Part shown: positions 23,615 to 36,900 of the stretch, piece after piece
Position numbering within the stretch: the stretch's first letter is position 1
Layout: every line of letters starts with the position of its first letter
Origin: Leucoraja erinacea
Lineage: Eukaryota
Assembly (NCBI RefSeq): GCF_028641065.1
Contig: NC_073379.1
Location: 16,988,001-17,052,000, forward strand
Length of the DNA stretch: 64,000 nucleotides
Direction of reading: 5' to 3'
The notes under the pieces: model-generated
Database searches by the model: none
Seen by the model: only the letters and a program-made list of their open reading frames with translations
What the model was told of the DNA's origin: nothing
Translations under genes and position numbers: made by a program

Positions 23615-24060
23615 AAAAATAACGGCGAGACCAAGCACAGGCTCAGCGACCTTTTCACTGAACACCTCCATTCATTCCGCCTAAACCTACCTGATCTCCC
23701 GGTTACTAAACACTTTTACTCCCATTCCCACCCTGATTTCTCTAACTTCAAGTAACCCTTACTTTCCCTCTCTCTCCATCTCTCCCCCGTCCTAGTTCTC
23801 TGACCAGTCTGACTGTCCCCAATTACATTTTATCTCTTTGCTCTGTTGTCACCTTCTCCGAGCTAACAATTCTACGTTTTCTCTGAACCGCATCTGTTTT
23901 GGTCTCATGTTCACACCTTACTCTGTGTCTCCCTCTCCCAACTCTCAGTCTGAAGAAGTCTCTCAGTCAGGGTCTCGACCTGAAACGTCACCCATTCCTT
24001 CAAGCCAGAGATGCTGCTTGGCCCGCTGAGTTACTCCAGCTTTTTGTGTCTATCTTTGGT
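23615..24060 (+). mobile_element. Penelope-like element 3' part with GIY-YIG endonuclease remnant and terminus
   Basis: GETKHRLSDLFTEHLHSFRLNLPDLPVTKHF...SH, followed by the same terminal repeat found throughout the window. Confidence 0.75.
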
Positions 24061-24889
24061 GCAAACCCCCCTTTCTACACAAGCCATGTCCAAAGACTTT
24101 CAGTCCAAACATTTGCCAAATTCTCGAGAAATAACAGCATAAAGTACAAAGATACACCAATGTAATTTCAGTGACTTGACCAATATTGAACTTTTTGTGC
24201 AATTATAACGTCAGGCAATGTTAATAAAGTCGAGGGGGCAGGAAATATAAAAGGCCGTTCAGCCCACCATGCCCATACTGACCATTATACTCATCTCACT
24301 TCCCTACATTTGGTCTGAAGCGTCTTTGCATTGGTGATTCAAATACTTGTCTAGATGCCTCCTAAATGTTGCCTTCAACAATATCTCATGAAGTGTCACA
24401 ACTTCAAACCACGCTCTACCCACAACAAAACCCCCCTCAGATCTCCTCTACTTCTCCTTCAACATACAGGTCCACCACTGATTTCCCGGCACCCATTGTT
24501 CCAGAGCCGTGTTGTATTACCCACATTGCTGGACCAGCAGAGGTCACAGCTTTGGGGGCCATGATACCAGGCCACAAAGTGGACAGTGGAAGATGGCTAT
24601 GGGAACGGCTCTGCCGGCTCTGCCCATAATCAACCCGCCAAAGATAGACACAAAATGCTGGAGTAACTCGGCGGGACAGGCAGCATCTCTGGAGAGAAGG
24701 AATGGGGTTCGGGATCAGACTCTTCTTCAGACTTCCTCTTCTTCTGAAGAGCCCTGGGGCCCACCGTGGTCACGTTAACGGTCCACAGGAATTCTCCCCG
24801 TAAACCTCACCACATTTCGCAATTGAGGACTTTCATGAGGGCAGCACAAAGGTGGCACAGGGGCACAACAGTAGGGGGCCACAAGTAGG

Positions 24890-25212
24890 GCAGCACGGTG
24901 GCGCAGCAGTAGAGTTGCTGCCCTACAGCGCTTGCAGTGCCAGAGACTAGGGTTTGATCCCGACTACGGGTATTGTCGGTACAGAGTTTGTACGTTCTCC
25001 CCGTGACCGCATTGGGTTTTCTCCGAGATCTTCGGTTTCGTCAAACACTCCAAAGACGTGCAGGTTTGTAGATTAATTGGCATGGGTGGGTATACTTGGT
25101 ATACAGTAAGTGTAAATTGTCCCTAGTATATTATAGTGTGGAGATCGCTGGTCGATGCGGACTTGGTGGACCGAACGGTCTGTTTCCACGTTGTATCTCT
25201 AAACTAAACTGA
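24890..25212 (+). mobile_element. HE1-type V-SINE (representative; more than 20 full or partial copies in the window)
   Basis: tRNA-like head with A/B boxes (GGTGGCGCAGC...GGTTTGATCC), V-domain ggagtttgtacgttctccccgtgac, CR1-like tail and (CTAAA)n end. Confidence 0.85.
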
Positions 25213-25942
25213 ACTGGTAGAGCTACAACCTCACAACACCAGAGACACTGGTTCGATCCTGACCTCGGGTGCTGTACGTGAGGAGTTTTCATGTTCTCTC
25301 TGTGACTGTGTGGGTTTCCTCCCACCTCCAAAAGACGTGGGGTTTATAGGTTAGTTTGTCTGTAAATTGCCCCTAGTGTGTAGGGAGTGGAGGTGAAAGC
25401 AAGATACAGAACTAGTGTGAACGGGTGATCGAACACTGGACTAAATGGACCTAAGGGCTTATTTCCATGCTGAATCTTTCTACTAATTGTAACCTTCCTC
25501 TTCAACAAACTGACTAAACATTGCCGCAACACAACCTTTATCAGGATGCATCACAGCTCGGTTTGTGAACCGCACTGCCCAAGACCACAAGAAATCGCAG
25601 CGAGTTGTGGACGCAGCCCAGACCATCACACAAACCATCCTCCCTTCAATTGACCATTTATACCCCACGCTGCCTCAACAAGGCCAGCAGCCTATGTTTC
25701 TATGTTTCTAGCATAATCAAGGACGAGTCGCACCCTGGCCACTCCCTCTTCTCCCCTCTCCCGTCAGGCAAAAGGTAAAGAAATGTGAAAACACACACCT
25801 CCAGATTCAGCGACAGTTTCACAGCTGTTTCGTAACTGAATCATCCTAGCACAATCAGAGAGCTGTGCTGAACTACTATCTACCTCATTGGTGACCCTCG
25901 GATTATCCCTGATCGGACTTTGCTGGCTTTATCTTGCATGAT

Positions 25943-26237
25943 GCGGCACGGTGGCGTAACGGTAGAGCTACTGTCTTACAGCGCCAGAGACCCGGGTTCT
26001 ATCCTGACTATGGCGGCTTGGTTGCATGGAGTTTGTACGTTTTCCCCGTGACCTGCGTGGGTTTTCTCCGAAATCTTCGGTTTCCTCCCACACTCCAAAG
26101 ACGTACAGGTTTGTAAAATGTACATTGTCCCTAGTATGTGTAGGATAGTGTTAGTGTGCGAGGATCGCTGGTCGGCGCAGACCCGGTGGGCCGAAGGACC
26201 TGTTCCCGCACTGGATCTGTAAACAAAACTAAACTAA
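25943..26237 (+). mobile_element. HE1-type V-SINE inserted in a Rex-type LINE 3' UTR
   Basis: Full head, V-domain and tail; the host sequence resumes after the (CTAAA)n tail. Confidence 0.8.
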
Positions 26238-26489
26238 ATGTTATTCCCTTATCATGTATCTGTACACTGTAAATGGGTCGATTGTAATCATGTATTGTCT
26301 TTCTGCTGAATGGTTAGCACGCAACAAAAGCTTTTCACTGTACCTCGGTATGCGTGACGATAAACTAATCTGAACCTTCTATATTTGTAAAGACACCATA
26401 TAAATATTAGCTCCAATGAGTTGTTCATCTTTAATGATTATAGAAAACCAGTTGGCATGGCACACCCCATGTGGTTCATTGGTTCAATG

Positions 26490-27000
26490 AATGAATGAAT
26501 GACTAAGTTTATTGGCCAAGTATGTACACATACAAGAAATTTGCCTTGGTGCTCCACTCGCAAGTAACAACACAACATACAGTGACAATTAAGAATAAAA
26601 CATAAAACATTAAAGCATTAAGAATAAAACATTATAGTTTAAATATGTGAATGAAATAAAATACCTGAGCAAAAGGAGGCAGCAGACTTTTGGTTATTGA
26701 GTAGAGCTCGCGGAAAAAAAGCTGTTTTTATGTCTGGCTGTGGCAGCTTTGACAGTCTGCAGTTGCCTTCCAGAAGGAAGTGCTTCAAAGAGTTTGAGGC
26801 CAGGGTGAGAGGGTCAGAGATGATCTTATCCGCTCACTTCCTGGCCCTTGCAGTGTACAATTCGTCAATGCGGGGGAGGTTGCAGCCAATAACCTTCTCG
26901 GCTGATCGGACGATGCGCTGCAGCCTCCTGATGTCGTGCTTGGTGGCTGAGCCACACCAGACCATGATGGAGAAGGTGAGGACAGACTCAACGATGGAAA
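26490..27000 (-). mobile_element. Rex1-like LINE 3' fragment, second family (also 31150-31480 and 39030-39510)
   Basis: WFGSATKHD..RLQRIVRSAEK..GCNLP-type translation and short tandem-repeat tails. Confidence 0.75.
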
Positions 27001-27324
27001 TGGTGCTTTGTGTCGCATTACTATTGTGCGAAATGCAAACACACAGTGAGATTTACTTCCTTTCTTACAAACAGTCCAGTCAGGAACTGCCGTACCTTCA
27101 TTAGACAGTTGTACAGAAAAACTCTACTGATCCCACATCACACCTCCGTTCACAAAGGGAGTCGGTTCGCAAGTCAAGTCAAGTTTATTCGTCACATACG
27201 CATACGAGATGTGCAGTGAAATGAAAAGTGGCAAAGCTTGCGGATTGTGCAAAAAAACTACAAAACAGAATGGAACAGAATCAGTAATTACATATTTGTG
27301 GAAGAGAGAAAAAAAAATGTCTAC

Positions 27325-27450
27325 CTGATTTCAGATGGGAGACTTCCTCCACCATAGAAAGGCACAAAGGTCTGCGGCTGATGAAGTGTCTCCTTTTTCT
27401 TTGAGTTGCGTGAGGGCAAACTGCTCTGCCTGCTTCGGGCTTTATTTTGT
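27325..27450 (-). CDS. CCDC17-like exon 5
   Basis: QNKARSRQSS...FVPFYGGGSLPSEI. Acceptor ttgcag|, donor CAG|gtagac; phase 2-2 fits both neighbours. Confidence 0.75.
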
Positions 27451-28249
27451 CTGCAATGATAAATCCCGAGAATTACTCTCCAAAAACTGCAAGTACGAGA
27501 GAATACTTTCTGATAACTGGTGGTGTTCCCAACAAGGTCAGCCTGTCCCTCATCACTGTAGGAGCCATTCATGTTTAGGCTAGCTACTGTTGGCATATCA
27601 TATTATTTGGTCTAGATATATCTTGCAGTATTATTTTGGACACTAGGGGGCGGTGATTAGATGCACAGTGTGGTGTGTATATAAGGGCATAGGGGGACAG
27701 GAAGGGGCAGGTACAGGGAGGGAGCACATACAGTTCTCACCAGACCAGGGACAGAGCAGCCAGCTACAACTTGCATGCAGAATACGGAGAACCTGGTATG
27801 TTCACCTCTTTATTTGTACAACTACTTCATTAAACAAACAAGTAAACTGGAAATAATGACTGGAAGATCCGTTCCATTAGGTCTGCGTGAGATCACTCCT
27901 ATTTACCGGTGTAGTAATGGCAACTGGAAAAGAGGACATTGGAAGTCGGAAATTTGCCATTACAATCATCCTCCACCCAACTGAAAAGCTGAAGGTGTTA
28001 ATAGCATGGCAGGTAGCACAGTGGCGCAGCGGTAGAGTTGCTGCCTCACAGAGACCCGGGTTCGATCCTGAGTACGGGTGCTGTCTGGGCAGAGTTTGTA
28101 CGTTCTCCCTGTGACCCGATGGGTTCACTCCGAGATCTTTGGTTTCCTCCCACAATCCAAAGCGATACAGGTTTGTAGGTTCATTGGCTTGGTATAAATG
28201 TAAAATTGTCCCTAGTGTGTAGGATAGTGCTTGTGTAGAATGGGTGATG

Positions 28250-28610
28250 TTTTGGTTCGAGACCCTTCGTGAAAGTCACGGGAAAGGGAAACAAAAGAAA
28301 TAGATGATGATGTAGAGGGATATAAAACAAATTAATGAAAAATATGCAAAAAAGTTACAATCATAAAGGAAACAGGCCATTGTTAGCTGTTTGCTAGGTG
28401 AGAACGAGAAGCTGGTGCGACTTGGGTGGGAGGATGGAGAGAGAATACAGGGAATACGTGGTTAGAGAAATCAATATTCATACCACTGGGCTGTAAGCTT
28501 CCCAAGCAAACTATGAGGTGCTGTTCCTCCAATTTGCATTTAGCCTTACTCTGACAGTGGAGGAGGCCCAGGACAGAAAGGTCAGTGTGGGATGGGAAGG
28601 GGAATTAGAG
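28250..28610 (-). mobile_element. Penelope-like element 3' fragment
   Basis: Minus-strand SHTDLSVLGLLHCQSKAKCKLEEQHLI..LGSLQPSGMNIDF, typical of the end of the PLE GIY-YIG domain. Confidence 0.7.
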
Positions 28611-28719
28611 TGTCTATCTTCTGACTAACTTTGTGATGTTTATTGATCCTGTCCCTAATAAACATTGCCTCACAAACCTCAAATGTAAGACCAAAGCCCT
28701 CTAATGTGTTGTGAGATTG

Positions 28720-29100
28720 ATTTAGATTAGTTTAGAGATACAGTGCGGAAACAGGCACTTTGGCCCACCGAGTCCACACCGACCAGCGATCCCCGCACAT
28801 TAACACTACCCTGTTTAATCTACCTCCAGTTTCAATTCCATTTGGAATATTTTGGAGGACCAAGAACCATGAACTTGCACACACTAGGGACGATTTTACA
28901 CTTACACCGAGCCAATTTACCTACAAACCTGTACGCCTTTGGAGTGTGGGAGGAAACCGAAGATCTCGGAGAAAACTCACGTAGGTCACGGGAAGATTGT
29001 ACAAACTTCGTACAGACAGCACCCGCAGTCGGGATCGAACCCGGGTCTCCAGCGCTGCAAGTTCTGTAAGGCAGCAACTCTACCGCTGCGCCACCGTGAC
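28720..29100 (-). mobile_element. HE1-type V-SINE with an internal insertion
   Basis: Reverse-complement head, V-domain and tail; about 60 nt of extra sequence near 28812-28876. Confidence 0.8.
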
Positions 29101-29167
29101 CATCCACAAGGCCATTTGAAGAATAAAATGAATGTTGATTTACGCCACCTCTGACGTGGAGGCTTAC

Positions 29168-29321
29168 ATCGTATCCAGCTGCAGCATCTCCAGCTGTTGC
29201 CTCATCGTCTCCAGGAGCAACTCGTTCTTGTATTCTTGTGCCTTCAGCTCCGCCAACATTTTCTCCACCTGAGAAAAGTTCTTGCTTTTTTCCGACAATT
29301 CATTTAGCCTTCTCACAATCT
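29168..29321 (-). CDS. CCDC17-like exon 4
   Basis: EIVRRLNELSEKSKNFSQVEKMLAELKAQEYKNELLLETMRQQLEMLQ (coiled coil). Acceptor ttttaatttcaccgcag|, donor |gtaagc; phase 1-2. Confidence 0.8.
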
Positions 29322-31963
29322 CTGCGGTGAAATTAAAAAATATATCCTGAATCGCTATCTCCATAAGCCCAGCCAGGCCAAGAGTTAAGAGTGCCGTGAT
29401 ATGTCCCGATACGGAACAATGAATCAATTCACTCCTAAACATCCTTTGTAGAGACTGAGAGAATCAGCTGCACCATCTTCCAATAAAAGCAAATTCAGCT
29501 CTTCAATTTGTTTTTGAGATACAGCGTGGAAACTGGCCCTTCGGCCCACCGAGTCCACGCTGTCCATCGATCAACCGTTCACACTAGTACTATTTTTCCC
29601 CACTTGCTCGTCCACTTCCTGCACCTTGGGGGCATTTTACCGAGGTCAATTAACCTACAAACCCGCATGTCTTTGGACTGTGGGATGAAACCGGGTGGAA
29701 ACACATATGGCCACAGGGAGAACATGCAAACTCCACACAGACAGCACCTGAGGTCAGGATCAAATCTGGGTCTCTAGCGCTCTACCGCTGAGCTACTGTG
29801 ATACCAAGTTCTGGTGGATAATCCCTGCTGGTTTTAGGGTGAAGGAAACATGTTAGAGGATGATACAGGAGAAGGGATTGCAGTGCTCAGACACACACGT
29901 CTTTGGGATGTGGATGTAAACTGTAACAATAAGTTAATACTAATCTTTAAAAATGTATAAGTGTATGTGCACCTATTCCCCCCCCCCCCCCCCCCCCACC
30001 CCATCTCCCTTCTGTTTTTTGTTTTTTCTGTTTCTTGTTTTTTGTGCTAAATTGTATGTATGCACTGAGTACGAGCAGCTTTCAGTTTCACTGTACATGT
30101 ATAGTGACAATAAATGGCATATCTATATCTATATCTGTATATCTTACACAAAGCCCAAATTACATAGGATGTTTGGTGTCATTCATTGCCACAGAAGGCT
30201 GTGGAGGCCATGTTAATGGATGTTTTTAAGACAGAGATAAATAGATTCTTGATTAGTGCGGGTGTCAGAGTTACGGGGAGAAGGCAGGAGAATGGGGTTA
30301 GGAGGGGGAGATAAATCAGCCATGATTGAATGGTGAAGTAGACTTGGTGGACTGAATGGCCTTGTTCTACTCCTATCATTTATGATTTTATGTGTCAGTG
30401 ATTCCTTGTCACTGCCAGGCATGGCTTAGCAGGTGCAGGAAGTGAACTGCAGATGCTGGTTTAAATCGAAGACAGACACAAAAAGTTGGAGTAACTCGGC
30501 CAGACAGGCAGCATCTCTGGAGAGAAGGAATAGGTGACGTTTTAGGTCAAGACCCTTCTCAGAGGGGGAGAGGTGAGCAGGAATCACACGAGCCTGAAGA
30601 AGGGACTCAGCCCGAAACGTCACCCATTCCTTCTCTGCCTACGCTGCTTGTCCCGCTGAGTTACTCCAGCATTTTGTGTCTGTCTATGGCTTAGCAGGTA
30701 ACGCTTGGAGGTTTAACCAGCACAAGGCTGGAAAGAACACAAAGTGCTGGAGTAACTGAACGGGTCAGGCAGCATTTGTGGAGAACATGGATACTGTAGG
30801 TGACGTTTCGGGTCGAGACCCTTCTTCAGACTCGTGTGAACCCTGCTCACTGCTCCCCCTTTGTGATTCAATGTATCTACACACGGCTCATGTTGTCGAC
30901 CTCCCCATGGTGAGCCCTGTCAACTGACCTCAGTCGGGCGAACGACCACAAACAGAGACAGCAGCAGCGCCGCCAACCCAGAGCATGCGCCCTTTTTTAG
31001 GGCGGGCACCTACAGATGTCGAACTGGATGGCATCACCCTCCTGCAGACTTCTGTTGCCTCAAACGCAAGAAGCAGAAGATACAAGACTGACTCTTCAGC
31101 ACAGCAGCACAGGGTAGCTGCACTAATGAGATAGTCCGTAAAGATCTTGAAATGTAATTTTAATTAAGTAGGAATGTAAGTAAGTAAGTTTATTGGCCAA
31201 GTGTTCACATACAAGGAATTTGCCTTGGTGCTCCACCCACAAGTAACAACATGACACACAGTGACAGTTACGAGGGTCTCAGAATACACTAAACATTAAT
31301 AATAATAAAACATTAATGATAAAACACCATTGATCAAGCATGTGAACCAACAAAATACCAGATCAAAGGGAGGCTACAGATTTTTGGCTGTTGAGTAGAG
31401 CTCCTACTCGTGGATAAAAACTGTTTTTATGTCTGGCTGTGGCAGCTTTGACAGTCCGGAGTCGCCTCACAGAGGGAAGCTCTTAATCTGTTGAATGGGA
31501 CAAACAGGCACACTGGAAAGAATGCTGGTATTCAACAGCACAGGCAACATTGAGAATGAAAACATAATCTCTCACGGTGATGGACTCTTTCATGAAGTTC
31601 CACATTATTGATTGTATTAACTGAATGTATTGATTGATTAACTGATATAAACTATAGGGCATACAACGGCCTCAGTGGTGAAAAGATACCTAAATTAAGA
31701 AATGAGGGGCAGTTGTTAGAGCTTACCTAAATGCAATAGTATTCTTTAATCAAATCTAGTGGTCGTTGCCACGTTTGCTCGTTTTCCAGTGCCTAGTTTA
31801 GTTTAGCGCAGAAATAGGCCCTTCGGCCCCACCGAGTCCGCACCGACCAGCGATCCCCGTGCACTTACACACTAGGGACAATTTACATTTACAACAAGCC
31901 AATTAACCTACAAAACTGTACGTCTTTGGAGTGTGGGAGGAAGCCGAAGATCTTTGAGAAAAC

Positions 31964-32354
31964 TTGTGTTTCCACTTTGAAGGAAATTACCCGAAATTCA
32001 GAAAATTCTGGTTGTCTTCGGGTAATTTTAGGGAAATTAAATAATTTCAGGAAATTTCCGCATCGGGCCCGCGGGATGATTCAGGGGGAAAAAGTATATT
32101 TACGACCATCCGCGCCTGCGCAGTTGGGGGAGGCCCAACAGCCGCGTCACAATAGAAAATGGCGCCGGTGACGCGGTAGGGACGCAAAATGACGCCGTCT
32201 CTCCGGGCGTGCGCAGTGGGCCCGGTATCCATGCCGGCCCAGTTGGGGAAGCAGTTGCACATGCGCAGTTGGGGAATTTCAGGTAATACCATCAAATTCC
32301 AGGAAATCTGGGATGCTATTTAAGGAAATTTATTTTTGAGGTGTGGGAACACTG
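31964..32354. mobile_element. GC-rich hAT-type MITE inserted in an HE1 SINE
   Basis: 8-bp TSD GAGAAAAC (31956-31963, 32355-32362); imperfect TIRs TTGTGTTTCCAC / GTGGGAACACTG; the SINE continues on both sides. Confidence 0.75.
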
Positions 32355-32488
32355 GAGAAAACCCACGCAAGTCACGGGGAGAACGTACAAACTCAGTACA
32401 GACGGCACCCGTAGTCAGGATCGAACCCAGGTCTCTGGCGCTGCAATGAGTATGAGTTTAGTGTGACCATCGAGCTCGATGCAAGTAC

Positions 32489-32618
32489 CTGCTCTCTGCT
32501 CCTCCAGTTGCAGGTTGTGCTGCAGTATACCTTTAACATGCTCTCCATGGTTCTGTGCGAGGTTCAGCAACTGAGTCTTGTGCTCCTGCATCCACTGCTC
32601 TCTGGGGGTACAGTCATC
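32489..32618 (-). CDS. CCDC17-like exon 3
   Basis: DDCTPREQWMQEHKTQLLNLAQNHGEHVKGILQHNLQLEEQRA. Acceptor cttccttctcag|, donor CAG|gtactt; phase 0-1. Confidence 0.75.
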
Positions 32619-33359
32619 CTGAGAAGGAAGATCATAAGATCATAATTAATACGAGCAGCATTTGGTCATTCGGCCCATCAAGTCTACTCCGCCATTCAAT
32701 CATGGCTGATCTATCTCTCCCTCCCAACCCCATTCTCCTGCCTTCTCCTGCCAGAATGACCGGGAAGGCAAGAGGTTTGAAGAATAAGCAAAATGATACT
32801 CCGATAACAGGGTCTCTTTTGCCCAAGAGAATACCCTGCGCCCCATAATGGTTGAATGCTGTTTTGGATCCCCGGAATCCCAACTATGGGGGCTGTCTGT
32901 ACGGAGTTTGTACGTTCTCCCCGTGACCTGCGCGGGTTTTTTCCGAGACCTTCGGTTTCCTCCCACACTCCAAAATCTGTAATTTTAACAAACGTAGACA
33001 CTTTCAGTCGTACCAAAGAGGGACCCGATAAATGTGTACCAAATCAAGACAGCATAGAAAGCAGTAAAGATATTCTCTTATGGTTTTTAATTTTAGAGAT
33101 GAAGCGTGGAAACAGGCACTTCGGCCCACCGAGTCCACGCCAACTAACAATCACCCGTACTTGAGTTCTATCTACACACTAGGGACAACTTACAGAATCC
33201 ATTTAACCTGCATGTCTTTGGAATGTGGATTAAACGAGAGTTCAGGGGGAAACCCTTATTCCCCTACTCTTGAGTTTTGTTTAACTTAGCTTCGAGATAC
33301 AGCGCGGAAACAGGCTCTTCAGCTCACCGGATCCGTACCGACCAGCAATCCCCAGGAAC

Positions 33360-33962
33360 GGTTAGGAATTTTGGCATGTCCACTACAACTCCTACTAACT
33401 TCTACAGATGCACCATGGAAAGCATTTTATCGGGTAGCCTCACAGCTTGGTTCAGGAACAGCTCCATCCAGGACCGCAAGAAATTGCAGCGAATTGTGGA
33501 CACAGCCCAGACCATCACACAAACTAACCTCCCTTCCATTGACTCCATTTACACCTCACGCTGCCTCGGCAAAGCCAGCAGCATAATCAAGGATGAGTCG
33601 CACCCTGGCCACTCCATCCTCTCCCCTCTCCCATCAGGCAAATGGGATAGAAGTGTGAAAACGCACACCTCCAGATTCAGGGACAGTTTCTTCCCAGCTG
33701 TTATCAGGCAACTGAACCATCCTACCACAACCAAAGAGCAGTGCTAAACTACTATCGACCTCACTGGTGACCCTCAGACTATCCTTGATCAGACTTTGCT
33801 GGCTTTACCTTGCACTAAATGTTATTCCCTTGTCATGTATCTATACACTGTAATTGGCTTGATTGTGACCATGTATTGTCTTTCTGCTGACTGATTAGCA
33901 CACAACAAAGGCTTTTCACTGTACCTCGATACACATGACAATGAACAAAACTAAACTAAACT
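33360..33962 (+). mobile_element. Rex1/Babar-type LINE 3' fragment
   Basis: NFYRCTMESILSGSLTAWF...LQRIVDTAQTIT...IIKDESHPGH...LPSG...RFRDSFFP. Confidence 0.85.
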
Positions 33963-36900
33963 ACAATTAAACGTCACCAATTTGTGGGCAGACAGTGAGG
34001 CAGCGGTAGAGTTGCTGCCTTAAAGCGCCAGAGAACCAGGTTCGATCTTGACGATGGATGCTGTCTCTATGGAGTTTGTACATTCTCCCTGTGACTACGT
34101 GAGTTTCCTATGGATGTATCAGTTTCCTCCCACATTCCAAAGACGATCAGGTTTGGAGGTTAATTGGCTTTGGTCAAATTGTAAATTGTTCCTAGTGTGT
34201 AGTCTAGAACTGGTGTACATGTGATGGCGGGTCAGCACGCTCGGTGGCCCGAAGGACCAGTTTCCACACTGTAAAAATCTAAACTAAGATAAACTTCACA
34301 TGGATAGGACAGGTTTGGAGTGATATGGACCAAATGCAGGCAGCTGGGACTAGTGGAGCTGGGGCATGTTGGCCGGTGTGGTGTCAGAGGGTGATGAATC
34401 TGTGGAATTCACAGAAGGCAGTGGAGGCCAAGTCAAGTGATATTTTTAAAGCTGAGATAGGTAGATTCATGATTAGTGTGGGTGTCAGAGGTTATGGGGG
34501 GAAGGCAGGAGAATGGGGTTAGGAGGGAGAGATAGATCAGCCATGATTGAATGGCGGAGTAGGTTTGATGGGCCGAATGGCCTAATTCTGCTCCTATATC
34601 CTATGAACCCATGGATATAAAGAGTGAACAAGGTCGAAACAAGTTAGGGGTCTCGACCCAAAACATCAGCTATTCCTTTTCTCCAGAGATGCTGTCTGAC
34701 CCACTGAGTTACTCCAGCATTTCGTGTCTATACACATGCCTAAAACTGACAATGGCAGAAAGTTATTTTTAACAAGGACTTGATGCTGCCAGGCCGACTG
34801 AGCTTTTCCTGCAATTTCTGCTTTTATTTTGTATTTCCCTCACCTGCATTTTTCTTACTTTTTATCTATTTTTTTGATTTCACATTCCTTCCTCAACACC
34901 GCACTGTCCTGGCCTACCTACACCCCCACATCCCGTCACTTGGTGGGAGCAACAGTATCCCCTTCAATCGTAGGTTGAACAGTTGCAGCTTTAGTTTACT
35001 TTAGTTTAGAGATGCAGCGCAGAAACAGGCCCTTGGACCCACCGAGTCCGCACCGATCAGCGATCCCCGCACACACTATCCTACACACACTGGGGACAAT
35101 TTACATTATTTATACCAAGCAAATTATAACCTGGACGTCTTTGGTGTGTGGGAAGAAACTCAAGATCTCGGATAAAACCCACCAGGTCACGGGGAGAACG
35201 TACAAACTCTGTACAGACTGTACCCGTAGTCGGGATCGAACCTGGGTCTCTGGCGCTGCAAGCGCTGGAAGGCAGCAGCTCTACCGCTGCCCCACCATGC
35301 CGCCCAGCAACAGCTGGTAGAGCTGCTGCCTCACGGCGCCAGAGACCCAGGTCAGAGGTTCGATCCTGACCTCTGCTGCGGACTGTGTGGAGTTTGCACG
35401 TTCTCCCACGTGGGTTTTTATTTCAAGAAACCAGAGCTTTCATTATCGTCCCCTCGGGAATCAGGCCACTAAATGACTGTAAACACGGCAGCAACATCTG
35501 CTGGATTGTTCGGGATGAGTCCAAGTGGAGGAAGCTCTTCCAGCTTCCCGGCTGCAGCCGGAACACACTACAACCATCACCAGGAACTGCAGGTTTCAAA
35601 CCAAGTGCAGCTTTGGGAAAGTTTCAGTGGGACACCCAGTAAAGTCCAATTCTCACCCTCGAAATTGAAAATGACTAAACCCCATTGCCTTACACCAACA
35701 ATAATTGCACGATTTATAACGTGAGCTCAAGGCCAACACATCCAGGGTGCACCTGAATGCACAAAAAAGACAAACATGAAATTTTAATGATAATTGGCTT
35801 CTAAATATTTAATAAAGTATCATAAAGGTATAATGAATTTCATTTGAACCAAATTTCGTTTGAACCTCAATGAGGTTCAAATGACAACAAATAAATTGTA
35901 TTGTATTGTATTGTATTGTATTGAATTAAAATGCCAATATCGTTGAACATCCGTTGACCTATTTATGACGAAAGCCCATTCCCATTCTGCATTGGATTTT
36001 GCCCAAGCTTCAAGTTATTAATTAAATTTAGTTTTTGACTTTTAATTCATCCCATTACTCCCAATCTGCAACAGTCTTTGGTTGACGTTACCAGTGGAAT
36101 GACGGGGAGACCGGAAATCTCTTTATTTGAAAGGAGAAAAGATAAGCTGGATAAGTCTTTAAAATTAAAGTATTTTAAACAGACTGCACAGGAATAATGT
36201 GGACGGATGTGACCCTCTCTGCCCCTTCCATCATAGGAGGTATGAATACACCAAATGAAGACATGAAGAATTTAGTTTAATTTTGTTTAGTTTAGTTTAA
36301 AGATACAGAGTAGAAACAGGCCCTTCAGCCCACTGAGTCCGCTGGTTCTATCCTACAAATTGTCCGCAATGTGAGAACCCAATTACCCTATAAACCTGCA
36401 TGCGTTTGTACTGAGATGAGGAAATAATTTTTCACCCAGAGAGTTGTACGGAGATGAGAAAAAACTTTTTCACCCAGAGAGTTGTGAATCTGTGGAATTC
36501 TCTGGCACAGAAGGCAGTGGAGGCCAATACACTGGATGATTTCAAGAGTTAGATAGAGCTCTTAGGGCTAACAGAATCAGGGGATATGGGAAGAAGGCAG
36601 GAACGGGGTACTGATTGTGGATGATCAACCATGATCATATTGAATGGCGGTGCTGGCTCGAAGGACCGAATGGCCTACTCCTGCACCTATTTTCTATGAG
36701 AGGAAACCGGAGCACCCGGAGAACATCCACAGGGAGAACATGTAAGGCAGCAGCACCACCGCTGCGCCACCGAGCTGGGGTTTCTGCACTGAGGCAATGA
36801 ATAGATGGGTTTTGCTGTGATTGCTGGATCGAAACACTTGGGTAAGTCTTTCTGCACCAAGACGTGGATGGGGGTGAAAGGTGACAGGAACCGCTTGGTA

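Noticed and set aside
24890-24965. tRNA-like A/B boxes at many positions
   Set aside because: These are heads of HE1 SINEs, not tRNA genes.
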